This document shows positions 45,092-54,514 of a stretch of 64,000 bases of DNA, piece by piece. A model generated the notes under the pieces. It was not told where the DNA came from and did not search any database. It saw only the letters and a list, made by a program, of their open reading frames with translations. The stretch comes from an uncultured Gemmatimonadales bacterium (GTDB taxonomy: Bacteria > Gemmatimonadota > Gemmatimonadetes > Longimicrobiales > Longimicrobiaceae), in assembly GCA_963716255.1 (NCBI GenBank), contig OY970303.1, positions 4,832,001-4,896,000 of the forward strand, written 5' to 3'. Position numbers and translations under genes: made by a program. The first letter of the stretch is position 1; the number at the start of each line of letters is the position of its first letter.

Positions 45092-46381
45092 GGGTCTCGC
45101 GCTGGCGTCCGCGGCGTCTTCCGCGCTCCGCGCGGCGAGGCGCGCGGCCTTGACCAGCAGGTAGTCGCGCTCGGGGGCGCTGGCGGTGCGCTCCGCCGCC
45201 GCGCGGAAGTGGGCGACGGCGCGCCCGGGATCGCCGGCCTTCTCGTGCAGGTGCCCGCGCACCGCGTCCAGGCGGTAGTGCCCGGCCAGCCGCGCGTCCG
45301 CGTCGAGCCGCTCCAGCAGCGCCAGTCCCGCGGCCGGGCCGTGCACCATGGCGGCGGCGACGGCGCGGTTGAGCGTCACCATGGGGTTGTCGGAGACGCG
45401 CTCCAGCACGCCGTAGAGCGCCAGGACCTGCGGCCAGTCGGTGTCCTCGGCGCGCGGCGCCTCGTCGTGCACGGCGGCGATGGCGGCCTGGAGACCGTAC
45501 GGTCCCACCTTCCCCCGGGAGAGCGCGGCCGGGACGAGCGCGACCCCCTCGTCGATCAGCCGGCGGTCCCAGAGCGCGCGGTCCTGCTCGTCCAGCGGGA
45601 CCAGCTCGCCGTCGGGGCCGGTGCGGGCGGCGCGGCGCGCGTCCGTGAGCAGCATCAGCGCGAGGAGCCCCGCGACCTCCCCGTCGTCGGGGAGCAGGGC
45701 GTGGACGGCCCGCGCCAGCCGGATCGCCTCGTCCGACAGGTCGGGGCGGTTCAGCTCCGGGCCGGCGCTGCTCGTGTACCCCTCGCTGAACACCAGGTAG
45801 AGGACGTGCAGCACGGACGACAGCCTCGCCGCGCGCTCCGCGGCGCCGGGCATGGCGAAGCCCACGCCGGAGGCGCGGATGCTCTGCTTGGCGCGGCTGA
45901 TCCGCTGCGCCATGGTGGCCTCGGGGACCAGGAAGGCGGCGGCGATCTGCGCGGTGGTGAGGCCGCCCACGGCGCGCAGCGTCAGCGCGATCGCCGACGC
46001 CGGGGTCAGCGCGGGGTGGCAGCACATGAACAGCAGCACCAGCGTGTCGTCGCCGTCGGTCGCCACCTCGCCGTCCGGCGGCGGCACGAAGGCCCACTCG
46101 GCCCACACCTCGCTCGCCACCGCGTCCTCGCGGCGCCGCCTGGCCATCTCGCTGCGCAGGTGGTCGGTGATGCGGCGCAGCGCCACGTGGTACAGCCAGC
46201 CGCGCGGGTTCGCGGGGATCCCGCCCGCCGGCCACTGCACGGCCGCCGCGATCAGCGCTTCCTGCACGGCGTCCTCGGCGGCGGCGAAGTCGCCGTGCCG
46301 CCGCGCGACGGCGCCGAGCACCTGCGGCGCGAGGTCGCGCAGCAGGTGCTCCATGGAGGCGTTCGCTGGCTCCGCGGTCAC
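45086..46381 (-). CDS. ECF sigma factor with long C-terminal (TPR-like) extension, ECF42-like
   Basis: AEDAVQEA, LLFMCCHPAL, AFLVPEATMAQRISRAK, LYLVFSEGY, PLDEQDR..W, LQAAIAA.H; next to DGPF genes. Confidence 0.85.
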   Translation of the reverse strand: MTAEPANASMEHLLRDLAPQVLGAVARRHGDFAAAEDAVQEALIAAAVQWPAGGIPANPRGWLYHVALRRITDHLRSEMARRRREDAVASEVWAEWAFVPPPDGEVATDGDDTLVLLFMCCHPALTPASAIALTLRAVGGLTTAQIAAAFLVPEATMAQRISRAKQSIRASGVGFAMPGAAERAARLSSVLHVLYLVFSEGYTSSAGPELNRPDLSDEAIRLARAVHALLPDDGEVAGLLALMLLTDARRAARTGPDGELVPLDEQDRALWDRRLIDEGVALVPAALSRGKVGPYGLQAAIAAVHDEAPRAEDTDWPQVLALYGVLERVSDNPMVTLNRAVAAAMVHGPAAGLALLERLDADARLAGHYRLDAVRGHLHEKAGDPGRAVAHFRAAAERTASAPERDYLLVKAARLAARSAEDAADASARPA

Positions 46382-46773
46382 GCGTCTTCGGGCGGGCCGC
46401 TCATCACGCGGCGCACCTCGATCGCCATGTTCAGCGGGACGCCGCCGGGCCCGGGCGCCGCCGAGGCCTTCGCCGCGAGCTCGTACGCGCGCTCCGGCGA
46501 GTCCACGTCCACGATCCAGTAGCCGGCGAGGAACTCCTTGGCCTCGGCAAAGGGCCCGTCCGTCGCCGGCGCGCCGTCGCTGCCCGCGCGCACCAGCTTC
46601 GCCTCGCCCGGAGGGGCCAGCCCCTGCCCGTCCACCCACTCGCCGGCCCCGGTGAGCTCCTGGTTGAAGCGGTGCATGAAGGCCATGTGGGCCTTGAAGT
46701 CGTCCGGGGACCACTGGTCGATCTTGTAGTCTCCCGTCCCGCGCGGCGCGTGCATCATCATCATGTACTTCAT
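46378..46773 (-). CDS. YCII/DGPF protein, copy A
   Basis: TDGPFAEAKEFLAGYWIV. Confidence 0.9.
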   Translation of the reverse strand: MKYMMMMHAPRGTGDYKIDQWSPDDFKAHMAFMHRFNQELTGAGEWVDGQGLAPPGEAKLVRAGSDGAPATDGPFAEAKEFLAGYWIVDVDSPERAYELAAKASAAPGPGGVPLNMAIEVRRVMSGPPEDA

Positions 46774-46893
46774 GGCTCGTTCTCCTTCGTGGGGTGGGTG
46801 TCGTCGCCGGCTCTGCGAAGCGGCCGTCGTCGGCGCTTGCATGGAGGAGTCGGAGCCGGCGGCGCGTTCTCTACATCGGCGGAGCGGGCGCGG

Positions 46894-47289
46894 TCACGCG
46901 TCCTCGGGCGGGCCGCTCATCACGCGGCGCACCTCGATCGCCATGTTCAGCGGGACGCCGCCGGGCCCGGGCGCCGCCGAGGCCCTCGCCGCGAGCTCGT
47001 ACGCGCGCTCCGGCGAGTCCACGTCCACGATCCAGAACCCGGCCAGGAACTCCTTGGCCTCGGGGAAGGGGCCGTCCGTCACCGGCGCGCCGTCGCTGCC
47101 CGCGCGCACCAGCTTCGCCTCGCCCGCCGGGGTCAGGCCCAGCACGTCCACCCACTCGCCGGCTCCGGTGAGCTCCTGGTTGAAGCGGTTCAGGAACGCC
47201 ATGTGGGCCTCGACGTCCTCCCGGGACCACTGCTTGAACGGGTAGTCCCCCGTCCCGAGCGGCGTGTGCATCATCATCATGTACTTCAT
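46894..47289 (-). CDS. YCII/DGPF protein, copy B
   Basis: TDGPFPEAKEFLAGFWIV; same length as copy A. Confidence 0.9.
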   Translation of the reverse strand: MKYMMMMHTPLGTGDYPFKQWSREDVEAHMAFLNRFNQELTGAGEWVDVLGLTPAGEAKLVRAGSDGAPVTDGPFPEAKEFLAGFWIVDVDSPERAYELAARASAAPGPGGVPLNMAIEVRRVMSGPPEDA

Positions 47290-47528
47290 GGTTCGGTCTC
47301 CTTGCTGGGGATGGGGCGCCGTGGCCGGCGCCTGCATTTCGTAGTCGGAGCCGCCGGCGCGTTCTCTACATCGGCTTTCACGCGGCTGCGAGCCGCCCCG
47401 CCGCGGCGCGTTCCCCGGACTTCCTCCTTCCGAGACGTGGAGTCCGGCGGTATCCTGTCCGGCGACCGCCGCACCCCGGCGGCGCGCGGAACCCGCCGCG
47501 CGCCGGGTGGGTCCCCGCTCTCCTGATC

Positions 47529-48755
47529 ATGGACACTCCTCCCGACCCGCCGCAACCTGCCGCGCGCTGGCGCATCCTCCTCCTGCTGGCCGTGGCGGAG
47601 CTCCTGGGAATGTCGCTCTGGTTCACCGCCAGCGCGTCCGCACCGCAGCTCCAGGCGCTCTGGGGGCTGTCGGCGCAGCAGGCGGGGTGGCTCACCACGG
47701 TCGTCCAGCTCGGCTTCGTCGCGGGAACGGCCGTCGCCGCGCTCCTCAACCTGGCCGACGTGGTTCCGGCCCGGCCGTACTTCGCGGCCTCCGCGCTGTG
47801 CGCCGCGCTCGCCAACGCGCTCCTGGTGGCCGCCCCGGGGTTCGCCGCGGCGCTGGTGCTCCGCTTCCTCACCGGCTGCTTCCTGGCCGGCGTGTATCCA
47901 CCCGCCATGAAGATGATCGCGACCTGGTTCCGGTCGGCGCGCGGCCTGGCCATCGGCACCATCGTGGGGGCGCTGACGCTGGGGAAGGCGTCGCCGTACC
48001 TGATCCGGGCGCTGGGCGGGACGCGGCTGGAAACGACCGTGCTGGCCGCGTCCGCGGGAGCGGTGGCGGCGGCGCTGCTGGTGGGGTGGGGGTACCGTGA
48101 GGGCCCCTTTCCGTTCGCGCGGCGGCCCTTCTCCTGGCGGCTGGTGGGAACCGTGGTCCGGCACCGGCCCACCCGGCTGGCGATCGGGGGCTACCTGGGG
48201 CACATGTGGGAGCTGTACGCCATGTGGGCATTTGTCTACGTCTTTTTTGTGGATTTTTTCCTGGCGCGGGGAACGTCCGACGTGCGCGCCGGGGTGCTCT
48301 CGGGAGCGGTAGCCTTCGCGGTGATCGGGACGGGCGCGCTGGGGTGCGTGGTGGCGGGCGCGTGGGCGGACCGGCTGGGGCGGGAGCGCGTCACCATCTG
48401 GGCGATGGCCGCGAGCGGGGCGTGCGCGATGCTCATGGGCTGGCTGCTGCACGCGCCGCTCGCGCTGGCGCTATCTGTAGCGCTGGTATGGGGTTTTGCC
48501 GTGGTGGCGGATTCGGCGCAGTTCAGCGCGGTGGTCACCGAGGTGGCCCCGGCGCACGCGGTGGGGACGGCGCTGACGTTCCAGACGGCGCTCGGGTTCC
48601 TGCTGACGTCGGTCACCCTCACGGCGGTGCCGTACCTGCGGGATGCCGGGGGGTGGCCCCTCGCGTTCGGCGTCCTGGCGCTGGGACCGGCGGCCGGGAT
48701 CGCGGCGATGCGGAGACTGAAAAATCTCCGAATCGCGGTCACATCAGACTCGTAG
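47529..48755 (+). CDS. MFS transporter
   Basis: About 12 hydrophobic segments; RFLTG, YPP.MK, WELYA, ADR.GR, DSAQFS. Confidence 0.9.
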   Translation: MDTPPDPPQPAARWRILLLLAVAELLGMSLWFTASASAPQLQALWGLSAQQAGWLTTVVQLGFVAGTAVAALLNLADVVPARPYFAASALCAALANALLVAAPGFAAALVLRFLTGCFLAGVYPPAMKMIATWFRSARGLAIGTIVGALTLGKASPYLIRALGGTRLETTVLAASAGAVAAALLVGWGYREGPFPFARRPFSWRLVGTVVRHRPTRLAIGGYLGHMWELYAMWAFVYVFFVDFFLARGTSDVRAGVLSGAVAFAVIGTGALGCVVAGAWADRLGRERVTIWAMAASGACAMLMGWLLHAPLALALSVALVWGFAVVADSAQFSAVVTEVAPAHAVGTALTFQTALGFLLTSVTLTAVPYLRDAGGWPLAFGVLALGPAAGIAAMRRLKNLRIAVTSDS

Positions 48756-49083
48756 GACCCCCGCTGTCGACAAAATCCTCGACAAGTCGGGTGGAATGCG
48801 GTCGCTCTCGGAGGATGGGAGTCCCACAGCCACTGACAGTTGCTGGCCCACGCTAACGAGGGATGATGTCAGTGTGGCTACAACTCGTCTTCGGGATCTC
48901 GGCCAGGATGAGCGACGTCATCCTGGTCGCGAAGAACGCTGGTGAGGAAGGCTGCGCAAACGAAGTGAAACGTGGGTGATTTGTTACATGCTGTGCTCCG
49001 TCGATAGCAGGTTCGACGGAGCACCACCAGACGATTTGACTGACGACCACGAGTGCCGGGGGCGATGGCCCGAGTTCACTTCA

Positions 49084-50172
49084 TCAGGTCGGGCAGGCAG
49101 GACAGGTGTAGGCTCCACCCAGCATGGATGGAGCCTGAACGAAGCGCCGCTCGCCCGCGTTCCCGGACGGCGTCGACGAGCTGCCGGAGAGCAGCGTCGC
49201 GGCTACCTGGAGAAACTCCTTACTGCTCAGAACCCCCATCGCGCCGCGGGCACCTACGTATCCGCACGCGACTGCCGCGGCTGCCTGGCCGAACCGGAGC
49301 GCCGCGTCGAGATCCGCGGTTGTCGCACGCTCAACCCCAGCGAGCCCGCCGGACGCGAGCCGGAACAGGAACCCCACGGTGCACCAATCGCCCGCACCGG
49401 CGGTATCTACGACGTGCGGAGCGGGCACGGCCGGCAATCGGCGCCACGCCCAGGTTCTGCGACCACGCGCCCGGTACCGGAGTCCCGCCGAGCCGGAGGT
49501 CTCGATCTCCACCAGGAGCTTCCCCGGCCGAGTCCCTGTATCGGCCAGCTCCGGTAGCCGCTCACTCGAATACTTGAGCACGTGCGCGGCGGAAAGCGCT
49601 TCCTCGAATAGCCTCGGCTCTCCGATGCCCGCAGGCTCGAACACGACCAGAGTACCGCGGGCGGCGAGTGCCTGGGCGAGCAGAATCGAGCTCCGCGACG
49701 CGCGGTCGAAGAAGAATACTCGCGGAACGAGGTCCGCCGATGCGGCCATCGCCTCCAGTACCCCCTGGGCGGCAACCGCGGTCACAGGGCGGAAGGACGG
49801 GAGCCAGGCACCGCAGATCGGACAATTGGTCGAAAACTTGTGCGCGGCCCGTCCGTGCCGATCCCGGCGGATGGTCTGTACGAAAACCGGTGTCGGCGCG
49901 GGTGGCTGCTGCTCCGCGAAGCGCAGTGACACGCCCCAGCGAGTCAGGTCGTTCAGGACGATCTGCGAGGCCGGATCACCGTTCAGCCTGGTGATCGGAT
50001 AAGCATCCCATCCAAGGTAGCTGAGGGCAGAGAGCACGTTGCCGCACGTCCCGCCGGCGGCGAGCACCGGAGGGAGGGATGCGTCGTCGGAGAGGATCAC
50101 GTCGAGCGCGACGAGGCCTGTCCCGAGGATCGCAGGGGGAGGGGCGCTGGCGGCTGCTCGGGGTTTTGGCAT
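49084..50172 (-). CDS. PfkB/ribokinase-family kinase with two CxxC pairs
   Basis: GGTCGNV, DTAGAGD; NCPICG and terminal CPACPT. Confidence 0.85.
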   Translation of the reverse strand: MPKPRAAASAPPPAILGTGLVALDVILSDDASLPPVLAAGGTCGNVLSALSYLGWDAYPITRLNGDPASQIVLNDLTRWGVSLRFAEQQPPAPTPVFVQTIRRDRHGRAAHKFSTNCPICGAWLPSFRPVTAVAAQGVLEAMAASADLVPRVFFFDRASRSSILLAQALAARGTLVVFEPAGIGEPRLFEEALSAAHVLKYSSERLPELADTGTRPGKLLVEIETSGSAGLRYRARGRRTWAWRRLPAVPAPHVVDTAGAGDWCTVGFLFRLASGGLAGVERATTADLDAALRFGQAAAAVACGYVGARGAMGVLSSKEFLQVAATLLSGSSSTPSGNAGERRFVQAPSMLGGAYTCPACPT

Positions 50173-50201
50173 TCTGAACTCGTGTGGGTCGGAGCCGGCG
50201 G

Positions 50202-51368
50202 CTACGTCTCTTCGTGGACCGGGCGCGGGTACGCCTCGCCCAGCAGCCAGACATGCACAATATCCGCGTCCGTGTAGCTTCTGTCGAGGGCGGTCGCGCT
50301 CTCCGTGTAGCCCGCGGCTTCGACGTAGACCACGGGCAGGTCGCGCTCCGCCGCGGCCATCATGGCCCCGAGCGCGAGGACCTTGCTGCCCACCGGTGAG
50401 AGCACGAGCATCGACCCAATGGTCTCCGAGAAGACCGGGTTCCGTCGGTCGTGGATGTGGAGGACCGTCCGGTAGAAGTCGAGTGGATTGGTCTCGTCCG
50501 CGTAGACGATGCTCCGGGCGTCTACCTCCCAGCGACTCTCAAACTCGGTCGCGTAGTGCTCTATGAGCCGATCGCCCATCCGCGGGTCGTGGGAGGGGAA
50601 CGGCAGCACGGGGACGACGTCGTCGGGCTTCAGCAGCTCGTGAATTCGGTCGAGGATGGGGCGATGGCCGAAGCGGAGCTGCGGCATCCAGAGCTTCGCG
50701 GCGCCCGCGGTCTCGTCGATGCCGAGCCTCCCCTGGAAACCGTGGACCGGGCCGACGAAGGAGCTGGGTTGCGGAACGATCCGGTCGTCGGTATGCGGAC
50801 TGGCCGTCACCATGGCGTGGAGGTTGATGGGTAGCCGCTCGCCCTCGATGCGCTGCAGGGCGAGCCGGGCCAGTGGGAAACTGCTCCCGACCGAGAGGGC
50901 GGTGAAATCCACCACCACATCCGTGTAACTCCCGAGGTCCCGTCCTCGGACCGCGTCCACGACCCGGCGGCCGAGGGCGACGGCACCGTCCGGCTCGAAG
51001 ACCTCGACGTCGAGCACCTGCGTCGCCGCGATCAGCGCTCGCAGCTCATTCGCGTGCATATCGGCCCGCGCGAGCAGCGCCGGATCGGGGCCGGCGCGCC
51101 TTTCCCGCAGAAACAGCCCCTCGATCCGGTCCTCACAGACGGACGCCAGGAGCCGGGGAACCGTGAGAGAGCGCGGGTCGAACCCGGCACCCCCGACCAG
51201 GAGCGTGCGCCGATGCGCCTCGCCGAAGTGCGCCTCCGCGAACGACCGGACGGCGGCACCCCGGTGGTCGACGCATCGCTCCCATCTGGGCGGGTCGCCG
51301 GGTGCGCGGATGCCGGGACGGACGCCCGCCTCGTGCCACGCGGCGGCCGAAGAGGGCCGCGGGCTCAT
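50202..51368 (-). CDS. Hypothetical protein, possibly tandem Rossmann/CARF-like
   Basis: ATGA-coupled to the upstream NTPase; motifs [30 protein letters not shown]...VVYV. Confidence 0.6.
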   Translation of the reverse strand: MSPRPSSAAAWHEAGVRPGIRAPGDPPRWERCVDHRGAAVRSFAEAHFGEAHRRTLLVGGAGFDPRSLTVPRLLASVCEDRIEGLFLRERRAGPDPALLARADMHANELRALIAATQVLDVEVFEPDGAVALGRRVVDAVRGRDLGSYTDVVVDFTALSVGSSFPLARLALQRIEGERLPINLHAMVTASPHTDDRIVPQPSSFVGPVHGFQGRLGIDETAGAAKLWMPQLRFGHRPILDRIHELLKPDDVVPVLPFPSHDPRMGDRLIEHYATEFESRWEVDARSIVYADETNPLDFYRTVLHIHDRRNPVFSETIGSMLVLSPVGSKVLALGAMMAAAERDLPVVYVEAAGYTESATALDRSYTDADIVHVWLLGEAYPRPVHEET

Positions 51369-53371
51369 GCGGACGCACCCACCACGTGGGTGGCGGAGGG
51401 ATCCGCGGCCCCGTCTTCCTCGACACCGGCAAGCTCGGAAAGCTGCGTCACCGTCCGCTCGAGGAACCCGCCGCGCTTGAGCGTCAGCCCGTACTTGAGC
51501 AGCGCCACGCCCCCGAGCTCGAGGAGGCACCACTTCTTGTTCTTGCAGTCGTAATCGGGAACGAGGGTGATGGCGTTGTACGCTGAGGCATACAGGAGCA
51601 CTCGCGCCAGCTTGGGATGCGTGTCGTGGATCCGGTCGAACTGCGCCTGCGGAATGCCGAACGCGTTCGCGCCGGCGTCCAAAGACGCGTTCGGCTCCAG
51701 CGACTTGTCGAGGCACTGGCGCGCGATCGCCTCGACCAGTCCGGCGACCGTCGCGTTCTCGGGGAAGGTCCATTGACTGAGCATGGCGTTCGCCCGCTCG
51801 CGCAGGAGCACGTGCTGAGTCTCCGGGAGCAGCGCCGGCGGCTTGGATCGCGTCACCTGAGTGAGGGCGCGGTCCACGAGCACGCCTGCCAGGCGCAGGA
51901 ACTGCTCGGCGTTCTCCGAGCTGGCGTCGCACAGCGCGTCGATCCCGTAGTAGTAGGGGCGGCCGTGCTGGTGGAACAGCTGGAGCCGGGCGGCATCCGC
52001 GATACCGACGTCGATCTTTACGCTACGGGTCGGCTCGTCGTCCCCCATGTCTTGAATCAGCCCCTCGAACAGGGGTGGCGCCTTCCTCGCCCGGCGCTTG
52101 TCGTAGCGGGCCATCGCCACGCGGAGCATCGCAAGGCGCAGGTCCGGCGTGATGTCGTCGCTCTTGGCGTTGCTCGTGTACGCTTCGATCTCCGCCTCGA
52201 GGTCGCGTCTCCGCTCGTCCGGGATCCTGTACCGCTTCTGGTCACGGTCTACGGCCCGGGCGAGCTCACCGAGCTTCGACGGGCTCATCGCCGTCACGGC
52301 GGTAGGGAGCAGGTCCTCGAGCCGGCGGAAACCACGGTCCGCAAGGCCGCGCGTCTGCTGCAGGTACCGGTTGGCCATATCCTTGGCCGTCTTCCGGAAG
52401 GCGAGACGCTCCCGCTTCCGCTCGGTGTAGCCGCTCTGGAGAAAGATCCGGGTAACGTCCCGTCCCGACGCGACCCCTGGCTGCTCCGGCTGGTCCATTC
52501 CCGCCTCCCGGCCGGCACGGAACGCCTCTTCGGGAGAGATCACGTCCAACCAGGTCAGGACCCAGCGCGCGATCCGCGGCTCCCGCCGGGCCAACCACGC
52601 CTGCAGCGCCGCGAATTGCGCGGGGTGCAGTGTCTGCGCGTCGTCCAGGACGACGAGGGGGCGGAGATGAAGGCGGGTGAGCCCATCTTCCGTCTCCACC
52701 TCCGCTTCGATGCGTTCGATCACGTCGAAGGGGCGGTACGCTCCGATGTCTCCCTGCTCGATCACCGTGACAGGAGGGGGCACCAGGGCCGCGGAGATTC
52801 CGTACAGTTCCCGCTCGACGCGACGGGCGCGCGCCAGCACCTCAGGCCCGCCGACCCCGCCGATCGCCTCCGTCGCCGCGGTGTGCCCCTCTTTCGGGAC
52901 CAGCGTGACCGCGGTCGGATCCACTCCCGCCGCCTCCAGGTTCCGGAACCACGCGAGCACCGCGCGGGCCTGGATCAGCGTGGTGAGCAGACCGGTGCGC
53001 AGGTGCTCCTCGTAGGGGAACTGCCAGATGTCGCGATACCCGCTCTCGAGCGCGAGGCGGCACCCCAGCACGGCGGGACGTCCGTCCACCACTGCGCGGC
53101 AGTCCGCGAGGGACGCGAGAAGGGGCCTGAACGCCGCGTTGCTCGCGTGGCGGAGCAGCATGGTGACACGGTGGTACTCGAACAGTTGGGCGATGGTGGT
53201 CTTCCCGGAACCCGGCGCTCCCCGCATCAGCACGAGCCGGTCGTACAACCGGTCCGTTTCGGCGTGCGACTTCAGGAAGATCCCGAGCGGCTCCGGGCTC
53301 ACCACCGAAAGGAAGGCGTCCTCGTTCCTGAAGTACTCGCTGGCGCGCTTCTCGAAGGGATTGTTGAGCAT
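51365..53371 (-). CDS. P-loop NTPase (ORC/CDC6- or STAND-like) with helical C-terminus
   Basis: NPF...ASE N-terminus, Walker A GAPGSGKT, Walker B VVLDD. Confidence 0.8.
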   Translation of the reverse strand: MLNNPFEKRASEYFRNEDAFLSVVSPEPLGIFLKSHAETDRLYDRLVLMRGAPGSGKTTIAQLFEYHRVTMLLRHASNAAFRPLLASLADCRAVVDGRPAVLGCRLALESGYRDIWQFPYEEHLRTGLLTTLIQARAVLAWFRNLEAAGVDPTAVTLVPKEGHTAATEAIGGVGGPEVLARARRVERELYGISAALVPPPVTVIEQGDIGAYRPFDVIERIEAEVETEDGLTRLHLRPLVVLDDAQTLHPAQFAALQAWLARREPRIARWVLTWLDVISPEEAFRAGREAGMDQPEQPGVASGRDVTRIFLQSGYTERKRERLAFRKTAKDMANRYLQQTRGLADRGFRRLEDLLPTAVTAMSPSKLGELARAVDRDQKRYRIPDERRRDLEAEIEAYTSNAKSDDITPDLRLAMLRVAMARYDKRRARKAPPLFEGLIQDMGDDEPTRSVKIDVGIADAARLQLFHQHGRPYYYGIDALCDASSENAEQFLRLAGVLVDRALTQVTRSKPPALLPETQHVLLRERANAMLSQWTFPENATVAGLVEAIARQCLDKSLEPNASLDAGANAFGIPQAQFDRIHDTHPKLARVLLYASAYNAITLVPDYDCKNKKWCLLELGGVALLKYGLTLKRGGFLERTVTQLSELAGVEEDGAADPSATHVVGASA

Positions 53372-53383
53372 GGCAGGGGTCCT

Positions 53384-54514
53384 TCAGGCGTGTCGCTGGC
53401 GCCGCCGGAAGAGCGGACGCATGGCGTGGTGTGCCGGCCCACCTTCCGCTCGCGGGCTTCCGTCCGTCTGCGCCCAGAGCAGGCCGACGGAGTTGTTGGG
53501 CGTGTTGTGCTCGAGGATCACCGGCAGCGCGCACCCGGCGAAGCCGAGAGCGACGTCGGTTCCCCCCTCGTCCGTGTGCTTCGTCTGGATCACCGGATCG
53601 TAGTACTTCCGCGCGAGCGGGATGAAGTCGCGGGCCGCCGGCACCGGCGAGCAGTCGACGGGCAAGTCGGGCGGCAGGACCGTCCCGAAGCTGAACTCCA
53701 CGTTCGCGAACCACTCCTTCCCGCGCTCCTCCAGCGCCTCCGCCTGCCGCGTGCGGAGGACTTCGACCGCGCGATGGTTGGCCACGTAGTGGTGGACGAC
53801 GATCCGGAGGTCGTGGTCGAAGTGCGTCGGGAGGACCTCGTCCACCACCCGGCGGAAGGTCGCGAGCTTCCCTTTCCAGAGACCGGTTGCCCTGTCCTTG
53901 CGGATGAAGGTCGTGCCCGAGGCGACGAAGTCGTCGATCAGGTACACGGTCCGGAACTTCGCCTCCGGGTCACCGACGGCTTCCCGCAGGTCCTTGCGGA
54001 GGCCGTCCCACTTCTCCCTGTCGACGTACGTCGCAAGCAGTATCTGCTCGTTGCTGATCGTTCCCGCGTTCGCGCGGCGGAACAGGTCCAGCCGCGCGCC
54101 CTCGCTCAACCCGATGAAGAGGGTACGCCTGAGCAACGTGTCGAACGTTCGCGCCGCGTCCACGTTCGCCCACACGCGATAGGGGGCGATTTCGTGCGCC
54201 TCGGCTGCGGCGTGGACCAGGCGGCGCTCGACGTGATCCGGGAAGAACAGCTCGACCAGCCGCAGCATCTCTGCAGGCCCGATGTACACCAGCGCGTTCC
54301 GCACGAAGGTGTACGCCGCCTCACGGTCCGCCAGCTCGAACTGCTGGACCCAGTCGGCCAGGCTCTCGATGAACCGCGCTCCGGCCAGGAAGTCCTGGTA
54401 CCCGTCGTACTTCAGGCGGGCCATCAAGCTCAGCCAGCGGTACTCCGCGCTGGCGCGGGCGTCGTCCCACTGCATGATCTCCCCGAGTACTCGGAGGGCG
54501 AGCTGCTCCTTCAA
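53384..54514 (-). CDS. Phosphoribosyltransferase-like protein (conflict-system type)
   Basis: TTG start with AGGAGG RBS; PRPP loop VYLIDDFVASGTT; C-terminal LGF..C.LP..LEHNTPNNS...PLF.RR. Confidence 0.8.
   Translation of the reverse strand: MKEQLALRVLGEIMQWDDARASAEYRWLSLMARLKYDGYQDFLAGARFIESLADWVQQFELADREAAYTFVRNALVYIGPAEMLRLVELFFPDHVERRLVHAAAEAHEIAPYRVWANVDAARTFDTLLRRTLFIGLSEGARLDLFRRANAGTISNEQILLATYVDREKWDGLRKDLREAVGDPEAKFRTVYLIDDFVASGTTFIRKDRATGLWKGKLATFRRVVDEVLPTHFDHDLRIVVHHYVANHRAVEVLRTRQAEALEERGKEWFANVEFSFGTVLPPDLPVDCSPVPAARDFIPLARKYYDPVIQTKHTDEGGTDVALGFAGCALPVILEHNTPNNSVGLLWAQTDGSPRAEGGPAHHAMRPLFRRRQRHA

Noticed and set aside
48756..49083. Short ORFs or att site at the left island edge
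   Set aside because: No recognisable protein motif, tRNA or direct repeat matching the right side.
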